A stretch of 64,000 nt of DNA from Octopus vulgaris (GCA_951406725.2 OX597825.1:70184001-70248000); one strand, 5' to 3'; positions 24,906 to 40,913 are shown, counted from the first letter of the stretch. Made by a program: numbers and translations. Notes: generated by a model not told the origin, from the letters alone.

Positions 24906-25132
24906 GCATGCATACATGCATAAATAGTATACGTATACATACATATTTATGCATACAAACGTATACATGCATATTTGTATGACATCATCAAAAGTTCATT
25001 ATATATATATGTGTGTGTATACGCATAAGTATATGTATATGCACAGGAATAAATATATGAGTTTGAGTATGTGTGTATGTATGTATGTATAAAAATGCAC
25101 CCATATATATATATATATATAGATATACACAT

Positions 25133-25165
<33 letters not shown>

Positions 25166-25532
25166 CTTGGAAAAGATGCGTGGCGTTCTATCATATAATA
25201 ATATAAATAATATATAAATATATGCATATATACATATATGTGCATACCTGCATATATATGTATATATACATGCATATATGGGTACAGGACATAAAAGAAA
25301 CGTAGAACACAATGAGAAATGAAAACATAAAAACAAAAACGTAAAAACGAACTTTTTCTTGGAACAACGAAAAAAAAAGCAGAGAAACGAGACATACAAC
25401 ATAAAGAATATTCCTCTTCTTCAGTTGTCCCTGTCTCATCTACTCCGCGACACAGTTTAACATGTTTCTATTAGAGAGTATTATTTCAAACCTATGGGGT
25501 GAGTATATATATATATATGTACACTCTTTGAT

Positions 25533-26101
<569 letters not shown>

Positions 26102-27261
26102 ACAGTACGGTTACCATCACCAGCATGACCTCCATCACCATTACCACTACCACCAATGCCTCAACCACCGCCACCACTACCAACACCATAAACATAACCG
26201 CTACTGTTACTACAACCGCCATCACCACCATCGCCATCAGGCCCACTATCACCATCACGACCATCAGCAGGCTCACTGCCACCATCACTACTACCACCAA
26301 TACCCCTGCCCACACCATCACCAGCACATATGTATACACACACACACGCACACACACACATATATATATATATATACATACATACATATATATATGTATG
26401 TGTATATATATATGTATATTTGTATGTATATATATATATATAGATATATATATATATATGTATTTCTTTTATTATATGTATATTTATATATATATATATA
26501 TATATCTAGATATATATATATATATATGTATTTATTTTATTAATATATATATATATATACTATTTATGTATATTCATATATATATATGCATGTATGTATA
26601 TATATATATATACATATATATATATGCGCATATATAGTTGCCGAAAGGGTGACAGGAAGAGTGAGGGAGAAAGGTAGTGAGAGAAAGAAAGAGAGAGACA
26701 AGATGACGAAGAAGTGTGTATTTATAGAAATTAGCCATGGGAAGAATTATAAAATAAAACAGTGAACTGTGAAGAACACAGGAGTATTTTTTTTTTTTTT
26801 TTGGAATATTGAAATAGATTCCAGATGGTTCCGTTGTTGTAGAACTTACTTTGCTTGTCTAGATTTTGGTGTCTTTAAAAGACCAAGAATACAAAGAGAA
26901 TGACAACTAAAAACCTAACTACATTTAAATAAGCGCAACATAGGTGGTGGTGGCCACGGAGATGTTATCGGTGTTGTTGTTAGTGGTCTTGTTAGTGATT
27001 GTGGTGGTGGTGGTGGTGAAGGTGATGATGTTGGTGGTGTTAGTATCGTTAACGTCGCAGTTTTTGGTGGTGGTGATGATGATGATGATGATAACGTTGT
27101 CGGTGGCGATGGTGTTGATGCTGTTGATGGTGGCAATGGTGGTGGTGGTGGTGGTGGTGGTGGTGGTGGTGGTGGTGGTGGTGGTGTTGGTGGCGGCGGT
27201 GGTGGTTGTGGTGGTGGCAATGATGGTTGTGGTGGTGTTGCAGTTACTAATGTTGCTGTTG

Positions 27262-27600
27262 TGCAGCTGTTGAGCGGTCCGAAACGTGGTCCTTTGCTAT
27301 TCATAAGACCCGCAGAAGAGAAAGCAGGTCAACCCCCGACACCGAGAGCATCGACGGATGGATGAATGTGCAACCAGGCTCAGCGGTTGCGTAGGAAGTC
27401 GAGGACAAGAAACAGGAAGAAAGAGTAAGAGAAAGTTGGGGCGAAAGAGTACAACAGGAGTCGCCACCACCCCACTGCCGGAGCCTCGTGGAGCTTTTGT
27501 TTTCGCTCAATAAACACACACAACGCCCGGTCTGGGAATCGAAACCACGATCCTCCGATCGCGAATCCACTGTCCTAACCACTGGGCCATTGCGCCTCCT
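27262..27600 (-). mobile_element. SINE family C, tail type 2
   Basis: Reverse complement of 14766-15125 with a small deletion. Confidence 0.88.
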
Positions 27601-28854
27601 GCTGTTGTGCACGAGAGCATAGGAAAAAATGTTGCGTAGTATTTGTTCTGGTTCTTTACATCAGGAGTTCAAATTTCGCCATGGTAAGCTTTACCTTTCA
27701 TCCAGCCGATGTCGATAAAATAAAGCATGGGTCGAGCTCGGTCTATAGTAGAAAACATCTGCCTAAGCTGCCACGCAGTGGGACTGAACTCGAAACCACA
27801 TAGCTCCAGACAGAGCTTCTTAACCACAACCATGATATCAATATTTATTAATACATTTTAATCTGAATTAACGATTTATACGTTTGGCATTTATATTACG
27901 GGTACAAATATGTTTGTTTATACTCAATCAACGTTGGACTATATTTATAATTCAGTGGTTCTGAATTAAGGTGTCGAAATCACGTTGATTAGCAGCTGAC
28001 GAGGAAAGTTCGCCAGTTATGTTGAATATGATTTTCGTTCTCTCCTCTGTTCGTTGCTACTATCTTGTTTAAGTTACTTTACTTACTTACTATAGTGCAG
28101 GTCCATATTTATTTTTATAATTCCTTGGTAAAATATGAGTTAGAGATAAGGAAATTTTTTATTAGGCTTATACTGTTTTTGCAAATATTTATAGCTTATC
28201 AATATCGGTATATCAATACACGGCAGATATTAAGCATATTGCATGCCTAAAAACAAATATAATCTACTGGAGTAGAGCATCTTAATTGCGTATTGTTATA
28301 AATTTTCTAGTTAGATGACAGGGGAGTCAAGTTTATGTGTGACAAAATACGACGTTTCAGTTTCTCGGAAAGGAAATGTAAACATAATACATACTTATTT
28401 AAGTATAAATAGTGAAGCAATTAGAAATAATTCATATACAAATACAAAACACTGAAGGAGTTTCTGTAGTATAGATTGACCAGCGAGAAGTAGGAGTGAA
28501 ACCTCTCTTAAACTTTAACCTTGAGTTTTAAAGTACATAAGGACACTTTAGTTAATACCGTTTTAGATTTACTAAAAATAACTCTCAACTCACTTTGTTT
28601 CTCTCTCTCTCTTTCTCTCTTCTCTCTCTCGCTCTCTTTCTCTCTTTCTCTCTTTCTCTTTCTCTCTTTCTTTCTCTCTTCTCTCTCTCTTAACTTTTTA
28701 CCTTGTTTCTCTTCATCAGACACACGTACACACAAACACACAAATATACGTCGAGGGGCGCGTTGGATCGTTGAGCGAGGCACTTCATTCCACATTGCTT
28801 CCACCTTCTCACCTTAGAGTAAGCACCAGCACTTGGCTCTCCCTGCCTTCTCTC

Positions 28855-28979
28855 TCTTACCAACCACATGGTTCCGGGTTCAGTCCCACTGCATGGCACC
28901 TTGGGCAAGTGTCTTCTACTATAGCCTCGGGCCAACCAAATCCTTGTGAGTGGATTTGGTAGAAGGAAATCCCGTCCGC

Positions 28980-29024
<45 letters not shown>

Positions 29025-29225
29025 TTGTGTTTGTCCCCCACCACCGCTTGACAGCAGATGCTGGTGTGTTTAGGTTCCCGTAACTTAGCAGTTCATCAAA
29101 AGATACCGATAGAATAAGTACTAGGCTTAAAAAGAATAAGTCCTGGGGTCGATTTCCTCGACTAAAGCAGTGCTCTAGCATGGCCGCAGTCAAATGAGCG
29201 AAACATATTAAAGAGTTAAAGAGTA
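28855..29225 (+). mobile_element. SINE family B
   Basis: Family B body and tail. Confidence 0.88.
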
Positions 29226-29286
29226 TATATATATATGGGAAAAAATAGTCAAGATAGAAAATGCTAAAATAATTTTATAAAAAACA

Positions 29287-29330
29287 TTTCAGTACCGGTT
29301 TCAGTCATCGAGACTTTTTCAAATTGGAAA
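29287..29330 (-). ncRNA. Minimal hammerhead-like motif with U3-A8 core
   Basis: Minus: tttccaat TTGAAAA agtc-tcgat-gact GAAAC cg GTA ctgaaa, next to (TA)n at 29224-29236. Confidence 0.5.
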
Positions 29331-29442
29331 TTATTAAATTTGGAAAAATTAAAAGAAAAGTTTTTTTAAAAGAATATTTGCATAGTGTTCAAATACAAGT
29401 GGCATTTTCCTTGTTTCTGCCTGTCTCTGTCTATCTGTCTGC

Positions 29443-29517
<75 letters not shown>

Positions 29518-29699
29518 TATGCATGTGTTAAGTACGTTTTCACCTATTTTATTTCTAAACGTGTGAAGCCTGCTCCGATAAGGTTGACCACTTACTACGA
29601 GAAGAGAACGCATCGAGGAGACAAGGTAATATCTCTTCACATGCTCCACATAGAACTTGGCAGATATTGCAATACCATCGAAGAATCTCTTTAACCAAC

Positions 29700-30080
29700 A
29701 CCTTATCTCGGAACCTGAACACGTCCTGAAGCTTGAGACTTTAAAGCAGACGTCTTTGAAAATTGCACAACCAATTCGTTTATCCAAAGAGAACAGATTT
29801 GGCTTCGTGGTCAGCAAATATCGCTCAACCATATCAACAAGATAAGAATCAGCTATCATTCAACATGCATCCAAAAACCTTTTAGATAATCACATAAAAT
29901 CCCATTGCAAACAGAAGTCCGCAGTATCCACGTATTTTTCGAGAAGATGAAACAAAGCTATTTAAACTAGACAACGCACTTTCCTCAAAGGTCTTTCCAG
30001 CAATATTACGAAAAACGTATACATACTTAACACACACACAGTGTAATGTATAACGAAACATTTGCAACTAAAAGTGGATG
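29700..30080 (+). mobile_element. Possible heavily decayed Penelope-like GIY-YIG region
   Basis: Weak motif resemblance only: ESAIIQH..LLDNH and NVYILNTHTV*C. Confidence 0.3.
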
Positions 30081-30198
30081 GAACACATGTTGGATGACAT
30101 CATCAAAGTCTGTGAAGGAGTGATAGGAAGGAAGGAAAGATATGACAAAGAGGTTATGTAATTAGAAAAAAACTGGAAATCTGGCAATGACACGTGTG

Positions 30199-30289
<91 letters not shown>

Positions 30290-30442
30290 ATGCGCACACA
30301 CACATACAAGCATACACTTGCGCTAGTAAGCATACATGCATATATATGCATACAAACGTACGCCACACATAATACATATATCATATTATGATGTAGAGTC
30401 TGTATATATGTGTATGTCTGTATATATATATGTGCATGTATG

Positions 30443-30476
<34 letters not shown>

Positions 30477-30682
30477 TACTGAGAGACAGACAGGCGACAA
30501 ATAGATAAATAGGCTGCTAGATGCGTATCAGTAGATGTTTATATTTATGCGTACATATGTATACATTTGTGTACATACATATATATATAACTCAGTGTAT
30601 GTGTATTTATATGCATATATACATATATATTCATATATGTGCATACATTTATATACATATAGACATACGTATATATCCGTAT

Positions 30683-30914
30683 TTACATACTTACATACAT
30701 ACACACATACATACATACATACATACATACATACATACATACATACATACATACATACATACATACGTGCGTACGTACATACATGCATACATACATACAT
30801 ACACACACACATACACACATACATACATACATACATGCATACATACATACATACATACATATATGCATACATACATACATGCATACATACATGCATACAT
30901 ACATACATACATAT

Positions 30915-30945
<31 letters not shown>

Positions 30946-31150
30946 CATACGTACGTACGTACGTATATACATACATACATACATACATACATACATACAT
31001 GCATACATACATACATACGTACGTACATACATACATACATACATACGTACGTACGTACGTACGTACATACATACATACATACATACATGCATACATACAT
31101 ACATACATACATACATACATACATACATACATGCATACGTACATACATAG
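30683..31150. repeat. Long degenerate (TACA/TACG/TGCA)n tetranucleotide array
   Basis: Directly visible. Confidence 0.97.
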
Positions 31151-31681
31151 ACTTAATTTATAGTGAATGTTACATAATCATAAATTGAAATGTAAAGTGA
31201 GAGATATCTAATGATAAACAATACAAAATTTGAAATGGGAAGAAGCAAAAAGACGCTCGTATATAAATTTGTCCACGCGTATCTGATTACATACACACAC
31301 AGACACACAAACACACAAGCAGACACAGACAAATATAGAGATGCACATGCATACACACAGCAGAGAAGACAATGGCTACTTTGTTTCTTCATTCATTTCT
31401 GGCTTCTTCACACACAAGAGTCCCCATTCACGCTACTCTCTCCTCAAGATTTTGTCCTTAAAGTCAGACATCACTTGACCCTTTTTGACCAAACAGCACA
31501 ATACAACACAATCCATATGTGTATATGTAGGCCTGTGTATGTGTGTGTGAGAGAAAGAGAGAGAGAGATTAAGTGTGCGTGTGTGTGTGTGTGTATGTGT
31601 GTATTCGTGCATATAAACCATTCCGTACCATAAACTTCCTTTTCTTCATTTTCTTCCGCATAATGTCATCTTATTATTATT

Positions 31682-31901
31682 ACGAGTTGGCAGCATCATT
31701 AGCACGCCGGAAAAAATGCTTAGCAGCATTTCATCCGTCTTTACGTTCAGAGTTCAAATTCCACCGAGGTCGACTTTGCCTTTAATCCTTTCGCGGTCCA
31801 TAAATTAAGTACCAGTTGAATACTGGGGTCGATGTAATCGACTCAAAATCTTCCCCGAAAAACTGCTGCCCTTGTGGCAAAAATTTGAAACCATTATCAT
31901 T

Positions 31902-31993
<92 letters not shown>

Positions 31994-32325
31994 CATTATT
32001 ATTATTTAGTGAGAGAGCAGTGCATACCATCAAAGTGACACTAGGTTATAATATATGAAGCCCAGAATACCCATCATGACTACCTGTTTGATAAGGGTAC
32101 ATCAGGCATATGCATCACAACATGGTGATCTCATATCAATCGCATGTTATTATTATTAAGGCGGCGAGCTGACAAAATCATTAGCACGTCAGAAAAAAAA
32201 TGCTTAGCGGCACTTCGTCTCTCTTTATACTCTGAGTTCAATATCTGCCGAGGTCGACTTTGCCTTTCATCCTTTCGTGGTCGATAAAATAAGTACCAGT
32301 TGAATACTAGGCTCGATGTAATCAC
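31682..32325 (+). mobile_element. Two SINE family A copies (31682-31892, 32158-32325) separated by (TTA)n and other sequence
   Basis: Family A head and core twice. Confidence 0.8.
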
Positions 32326-33007
32326 CACCAACTCTGCATCCGATACCCAGCTTCACAGCTCACCAGCACCACCATCGCCACCATCAAAAGCCCTACGTCT
32401 AGTAACACCACCATCAACACAATCGCCAACACCAACGCCATATCCTTTATCAGTTAATCCAACGCTACCAACACCACCGCCATCATCATCACTGCCGCCA
32501 TCATCATCACCACCACTTCGTCATCATTGCCCCTTTCTATACCAACTCTGCACTCAATATCCTCCTTTGCCACCATCAACACCAACACCAACATTACCGT
32601 AACCATCATCACTGTACACTCCTCTTTCACCACCATTATACGCTTACTCATTATCGCGACCATTATCATGTCTATAATCCTCCTCATCGCTTATATAATT
32701 ACAATTATCAATAATTAATTGGCTACGACGGAAAACAATTAAACCGTTTTTCGCAGCTGACCCTTAACCAGAACGTAAACATTTGTTAGAACAGGCAATG
32801 GGGAGAGAACCTAAGTGTCTGTGATAGCAATTATGAGAAGCACATCCAAAGAAACACACCCATTGAACTTGACAGGAAATCTTCCTCCAAGAACAATCTT
32901 AGAGCGGATGTTGCAACCAACAATAGGAGGAAGAACTAAAATAGCACTCACACAGACAGACAGCACACATACGTACACACATACGTACACATATGAGTGT
33001 GAGCATT

Positions 33008-33134
<127 letters not shown>

Positions 33135-33414
33135 GTATGTATACATATATACATATACCAACCAGAACCCTCTGAGTTAATTTGATAGACGGAAACTTAA
33201 CGAAACCCGTCTTATGTATGCATGTATGCATGTATGTATGTATGTGTGTGTATGTATATATGTATGTATGTGTGTGTGTATGTATGTATGTATGTATGTA
33301 TGTATGTATGTATGTATGTATGTATGTATGTATGTGTGTGTATGTATATATGTATGTATGTGTGTGTGTATGTATGTATGTATGTATGTATGTATAGTAT
33401 AGTATAGTATATTC

Positions 33415-33625
33415 TTTCTTCTAGAGACACAAGGCTTGAACATTTTCGGGAAGCGATCAGTCCATTACATCGACCCCACCGCTCACCTGGTACTTATTTT
33501 CTCTACCCTCGAAAGGATATGAAGCAATATCGATCTCGGCCATATTTGAACTGAAACGTAAATCCGGAAACAATGCAGCTAAACATTTTGTCCGGGTGCT
33601 AACGATTCTGCCAACTCGCCGCCTT
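33415..33625 (-). mobile_element. SINE family A, diverged
   Basis: Reverse complement head gattctgccaactcgccgcctt. Confidence 0.75.
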
Positions 33626-33869
33626 TACAGACACACAGACACGTACACACACATAGATGTATATAAATATATACAAACACATGTACGTATGTGAGTGCGT
33701 GCTTGTGGGAATATGTACACTGGCTTCTCTAAAAGAGATCACATAGACAATATAGTTTCTGATAGGCAGATAAGATAGTCTCCCAGTTGGAACTCCTTTG
33801 ATTGTAGGTCTGCTCAGTCTGTGCTGACAAGGCACTAAACGATAACTAGGTTGGCCTCTATATATTCAT

Positions 33870-34045
33870 TTGATAAGCTAGAAATAGCAACCAAAACTCC
33901 AGCAAATCACATCCTCTCCCTTTCAGAAAGGAAGAATTCATTAAAGAATGTAGTCTCTGATACACAAAAAAAGATAGATTGTCTCCGATAGAATGTTCTC
34001 ATCGTAGGTCAGCCGAATCGAAGCTGACCTATGGCCAAACAATAG
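33870..34045 (+). repeat. Old interspersed repeat family D; related copies ~38090-38272 (+), ~45268-45452 (+), ~43300-43500 (-)
   Basis: Shared pattern ctagaaatagca.ccaaa.ctcc...aaatcac...taatg...ggaatg.ct...at.taggt...gacc...ggctaaacaacaac. Confidence 0.55.
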
Positions 34046-34054
34046 CATAGGGGA

Positions 34055-34300
34055 AAGATCCTTGTCGAGTCATATAGACACATAGGGCTAGTTTCTCTGT
34101 TCTCATGGCGTATATATTAACCCCTGGATAGGACACCGGTCTATCGCAGGATTACATATTTTTGCCAGCTGAGTGGACTGAAGCCAGGTGAAATGAAGAT
34201 TTTTGCTCAAGAACACAATGTGCTGCCCGTTTCAGGAATCGAAACCACAATCTTGCGATCATGAGTCCAACACCCTAACCGCTAAGCCATGCACCACCAC
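34055..34300 (-). mobile_element. Older SINE related to family C, tail type 1-like
   Basis: Reverse complement head gtggtggtgcatggcttagcggttagggtg...ggtttcgattcc. Confidence 0.7.
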
Positions 34301-34399
34301 AAATGATCGCGAATACAAGAGTCTATTTTCTTTCCTCCACCCCACTCTCTATTTTGTAACACATCTAAACTAACTATGGCTTAACTATCCTCTCACACC

Positions 34400-34451
34400 G
34401 TCTCCGATGAAGGGATATAATAAATAAATATCCTAGAAACAGCTGTAAGGC
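34400..34451 (+). ncRNA. Type I hammerhead-like motif, CCGAUGA variant core
   Basis: gtct CCGATGA a gggatat-loop-atatcct a GAAAC agct GTA aggc. Confidence 0.55.
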
Positions 34452-34778
34452 CTTCTATCTATAAATGCTCTAATATCTACACAGCCTAGGTTTTTTATCT
34501 TATTACGCAAAAAATATCTTATATACACAAGCTGACATAGAACCAACGATGAATCCTTTATCCGCAACATTACCGAATCTGGAACTTAACTATGGTCTGT
34601 CTATAGCACTTATTCAGCATTACCTGACGCCTTTGGGTCTTCGTGACACTTATTATCTCTTATAAATATATTTATACATATATATATATACACACACACG
34701 TGCGCACGCACGCACGCACGCACGCACACACGCATTCATCTATCTCTCTTTCTCTCCTTCTGTAGATATATATACACT

Positions 34779-34830
<52 letters not shown>

Positions 34831-35171
34831 ATCCAAACATGAAAGCACAAAAAAACACAACAACGCGAGGACGTGGAACAAATATAGTATTATTGGACGC
34901 TCAGGATAGAAGAAAAGGAGGGTTTAACGCTGTAAATATATATATATATATATATATTGTGTGTGTGTGTGTGTGTGTGTGCGTGTACACCACTGTTATA
35001 TACATTGTATAGATGCAATAAGACTGTTTTACTGAGAGTGGAATAAAGCGTGCCATAGATACACAATATCTAAATAAAATCTACGAACCCAAAGTTTCTG
35101 CCTAATATCTGGTAATACAGACTGTATTGTTCCTTAATATATTTAAATGCATAACTGCAGAATGCAGTAAT

Positions 35172-35213
<42 letters not shown>

Positions 35214-35317
35214 ATACACATACTCATACATGTACTCATACATGTATGCTTGTATGTATGTATGTATGTATATTATATATTTACGTATATACATGATTGC
35301 ATACATAGATACATAAA

Positions 35318-35380
<63 letters not shown>

Positions 35381-36131
35381 ACATTCATTCATATATATAT
35401 ATCTATGTATATTTGTACGTGTGTGTGTACGCATGTGCCTCTGTGTGTGTATGAGCCTTTGGTGTATATGTATATATTCGTGTATATAACTCCACACGCT
35501 CACACGCCTCAAGGTAGACCAAGTTTGTGAAAATATATTAACTGATAACATAGAGAATGAAAGAGACCCACATTTTATTCCAAAGAGTCTGGAGACTTTT
35601 CTTCCGCGTCAGTGAAGTTTTTGTTTTCTTTTTACATTTTTTTTTTGGGGGGGGGGGTGTTTGTCAGGGACTTTTTGTTTTTTATTTATTTATTTGTTTG
35701 TTTTTTTATTAAATTCATTTGTTTCTTTTTTTTTTCATCAAAATCCTCTTCTGAGACGACTAAATCAGTAAGATAAGGTGTAACACAGACATCTAAGTGT
35801 TCGGTTTGGCTTGTGCTAGTGAGTAATTATTTACAACTAAGGTGTTAAAATTGGAAATATTAAGGGACGTTGTGGTAGGACTAAACAACACTCTGTAGAG
35901 AAAAAGAAAAATGTGGAGGAGGAGGAGGAGGAGGAGGAGGGGAGAAAAGAGGGGTGAAGTGGTGGGTAAAGAGGATCAAAACGTTAGTTTCATAAAAGAA
36001 AAATATTATAAGACGTTTTAATGGTACTTTGGGGTCTATTTTGGTATTTTTCTGTACTGACCTGATAGCTTTCAGATGGAAAGAAACATTCGTTCTGCAT
36101 TGATACTATCACATATGTATGTGAGAGAGAG

Positions 36132-36189
<58 letters not shown>

Positions 36190-36339
36190 TGTAAGTGTGT
36201 GTGTGTGTGTGTGTGTGCGTGCTTGCATATATATGTGTGTATGTATACATATGGGTGCGACCGTGCTATGGTACCCCGCGACCATGCTATGGTGCCCCCA
36301 TGAATAGATTCAGTTGAACAAATCAACCTCAGTATGATA

Positions 36340-36386
<47 letters not shown>

Positions 36387-36658
36387 TCAGGATGTCATAC
36401 GAACTTAGAAACTTCATAATGTGAAACAGTACCTCTTTTGAACAGTGAATATGGAAGTCAATAAAGCTATACATAATAGCTCGTAAATACTAGAATTTAA
36501 AAAATTCTTCGGATCGAAAATACAATGTTTACAGGGAAAAGGTGGTTTCGTGTCCTACAGACAGTCTTCGACATTATTATATCCAAGGTACTTTTAAGCC
36601 AACGTGTACATGCTATTATTTATAGATTTAACTGCTTCGAAAATCATTGTCCCGATAA

Positions 36659-36728
<70 letters not shown>

Positions 36729-36792
36729 TTGAACGCGCACATACACGCATCACACACGTATATACACGCGCACACAGACAAGCGTACATGTA

Positions 36793-36833
<41 letters not shown>

Positions 36834-37592
36834 AATCCAAACGGGAAACAAAAAAACAACAACAAGGGAACAATTACAGTATTATTATTAATAGGCGCTC
36901 AGGAAATGGAAGCAGGAAGGTATGACGTTTCGAGCGGAGCTCTTCGTCGGAAACATAAAGAAGGAAGAGAGAGGAAAGAAAGATCCCGGAGCGGGCAACG
37001 GAGATAGAGAAAAACGGCTGGTGTTAGCAGAAGCACATGGTGAAAGGCGGATGTTTACGATAACAAGAGCAAAGTGGGTTTTTAAAGGCACAAGAGTGGA
37101 GACAAGGTTGGTAACGCAACAGATGTGTGTGTATGTGTGAGTGTGTGCGTGTGCGTGTGTGTATGTGTGTGTGTGAGGCGAGGTAAAAAAACAAAAAATA
37201 TATGTATGTGTTAGTGTGTGCGTCTGTGTGTAGGCGTGTGAGGTAGGGCGAGACGGTGGTCAGCATAGCAGCAGCATAGCAGACAAAGGTCAGTAGTGAG
37301 ACAAAGGTCGTATGTATATATATATATATACGTCTCGCTTTTATCCTTCGAAACGTAGAGTAGATGAAACCATAGCGACTGAAGAAGGGGCTTTTTCTTT
37401 GTGTTAATTGTCCTGTACTCCATTTTTTGTTGTTTTTAAAAAAAATGTCCAGTTCCTTTGGTTTGTGTCTATGTTTTCGTTTCTCTTTGTGTTCGACGTC
37501 CCTTTGGTGTCCTGTACTCATATATGCGTATATATGTACATGTAGAGGTAGGTATGTACATATATGTTTATATATATGCATATATATTTCAT

Positions 37593-37647
<55 letters not shown>

Positions 37648-38691
37648 TTATATTTACATATATATAGTAAAAAAAGCATATATATCACAGACGTTTCGTT
37701 ACTTCATTCTAATCTCTGTGTCTGCTTTAATTGTTAAAATCCAAACATCATCATCCATATAATTACTTCATTCATACATAATATAATAATAAAAAACAAA
37801 CCATAATTAATTAATTTGAATGTGATGGATAAGCAGTTTCATTATGAAATAAAGTGATATACGAAAATTCCTGAGCAATCACACACACACGCATATATAC
37901 AAACAGAAGCACACGCGCACACACGCGCGTGTGTGTTTCCGTTTGAAACCGAGAGAAAGGGCGAAGGATAGAGAGTAAGGGGGAGAGAGACTCGCATAAA
38001 TACATACATAAACACGCTGAAATATATAGACAAATGTACATAAGCATGCGTACACGATCCAACAAAGAAGCCTCTATCTAGCTTTTCTATGTGCTAGATA
38101 TAACAGCTGAATTTGCTCTCTTATCAAACAATCTCTATTGTCTCAAAGCACACAAAAACACATTGCATAATGGAATCCATTATAGAAATTATCTGATATA
38201 ACGGTTATCGCTGGATTGCGTTTGTTACATCAGGTCTTCTCCCGAGAAATGACCGCGGGTTAAACAACAACCGCATACACAGACAGAAAACAAGTTAAAG
38301 AAAAAAAACGAGACAAAGTTAAATTTATTTTCAAAATGGTTTTCAACACTCATCGCGTCAGATAATTAAGCAGGCTTATAATTAACACTTTAAATAATTG
38401 GGTGTAATCTATTTAAAAAAATCTCGAAGGAAACCTTACATCTGTTGCCACACAGATTGATATCAAAAGTGAGTCTTCCGCTTTGGAACTGCTTAAATGG
38501 TAATTCTTGTTGTTAAAGGCTCGGATGTGGTTGTGTGATAAGAAGTGTGCATCCCAGCCCAATGATTTCGGGTTCAGTGACACATTCGGCTAGTGATCTT
38601 CTACAACCCCAGGACCGACCAAAGCTTTGTGAGTGAATTTGGTAGATGGAAACTAAAAGAAACCCATATATGTGTGTGTGTGTGTGAATGG

Positions 38692-38746
<55 letters not shown>

Positions 38747-38934
38747 TTTATAATTAGGGTTCAGCAACGATTTGCTTCACCGCATATCGAAGTTTAGAAA
38801 TAGCAGTCAAAAAAATCTTAGCTATTCCTTCTACTTTTAAGGGAGTTCCCAGAAAAACCAAAGCACTTGAAAACAAACCACGCAGGCAAAAGGGAAAAAC
38901 TGACGAAAATCATTATGGTTAATACATATGTACT

Positions 38935-39052
<118 letters not shown>

Positions 39053-39404
39053 TATAAATATATATATAAATATATATATATATAAATATATATATAAATA
39101 TATATATGTATGTATATGTGTGTATATGTATATGTATGTATGTGTGTACGTAATTTTGGGGACTAATGGGTATATGTCAATTAGTATGTCGAGTAAAGCA
39201 CGTTTACAGTTTGGGCTACCTGGTGTCATCCACGGTTGGGATATATTTCCTCTGGATCTACGTCAGGAATTCCGCAGTGTTAGTTGAGGTAGTATGAAGC
39301 AACACAATAAGATGCATAATATTCTACCGATAACGGACAGTTGCAGGATGGGTCGAAACGATCGTCGTTTCTTTCATCAATTACATGTATGTGTGTGTAC
39401 GTGC

Positions 39405-39444
<40 letters not shown>

Positions 39445-39448
<4 letters not shown>

Positions 39449-39646
39449 ATCACATAAAAGTGAAACAGGGTGGGAAAAATAGTACTCAAATACCAGGGTA
39501 CTGTGCTTTATCAATATAGCTGCAAAGACATCGCAAAAACTGTTACTCAGGGTATCACGTTCCCATTCGTCGGACAGTTTTTTTTCTCAACCAAAACTGT
39601 CCGAAAAATGGGAACGTGAAACTCTGAGTAACAGTTTTTGCGATGT
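39445..39646. mobile_element. (TA)n-adjacent fold-back element with a hammerhead-like motif in each inverted arm
   Basis: Arms 39528-39581 and 39593-39646; consensus aaaactgt CCGACGA atg-ggaa-cgt GAAA ctc-t-gag TA acagtttt. Confidence 0.75.
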
Positions 39647-39648
39647 AC

Positions 39649-39722
<74 letters not shown>

Positions 39723-39772
39723 TAATAATAATGATAATAATAATAATGATAATAATAATAATAATAATAATG

Positions 39773-39807
<35 letters not shown>

Positions 39808-39822
39808 AATAATAATAATGAC

Positions 39823-39853
<31 letters not shown>

Positions 39854-40712
39854 GCTATCATAATATGAACAACTTCCATCTATCAACGCCCCCATTGACA
39901 AACGGCAGTGAAACAGAAAATCTTGTTATAACTAAAAGGCATTTCATCCAAACCAGAAAGCAAACTCAATGAGCAGCAGCAACAAAGAATCGCAAAGAAT
40001 CGGTATTGAGTTACAAATCTGCAACAGAAGTCAAATAGGAAAAGAATTTTTACCAATCCCTTAATTTTTATAACTGTTGTTGTTGTTATTTTTTTTGTTG
40101 CTTTCTTTGATTTTATAAACGAAGAAAATTTTCTTTTGAATTTTTTTTTTTTTTTTGGACCCCGTATTTTCTTTTTCTTTTTTTTTGTCTTTGCAACTGT
40201 TTGCTATTAATCTAAGAATCTTATTAAGATGGAACCATTGCATGAGTGTATATGTTGACAGACGAAGAAAATAGGATGGGAGGCAGTAGCTGGAGGTGGG
40301 TGCTTAGGGCTTATATCATTCATTGGTTAAAAACTCAGAGATATAAATCAAAGTAGTCCTTCTTCAAGAAAGTCTGTTGCCTTCTTCCTTCAGAAGAATA
40401 ATCCCTGGAGATTTACAATGGGGTAAATGGTAAATGTAAACTTTCGGGGTTTTCCTTTACAAACATACATACATACAAACATACATACATACATACATAC
40501 ATACATACATACATACATACATACATACATACATACGTACATACATACATACATACATACATACGTACATACGTACATATATACATATATATATACACAC
40601 ACACACATATCTATGTACATATACATACATATATGTGTGGTGTGTGTATGTATGTATATATATATATATACACACACATATGCCCACATATATATGTGCG
40701 GGTATATATATA

Positions 40713-40824
<112 letters not shown>

Positions 40825-40861
40825 GTATATATATATATATATGTATATGTATATGTATATA

Positions 40862-40913
<52 letters not shown>

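Noticed and set aside
29431-29859. 142-aa minus ORF with an internal gtaagt
   Set aside because: No recognisable homology; more likely antisense of a decayed retroelement.
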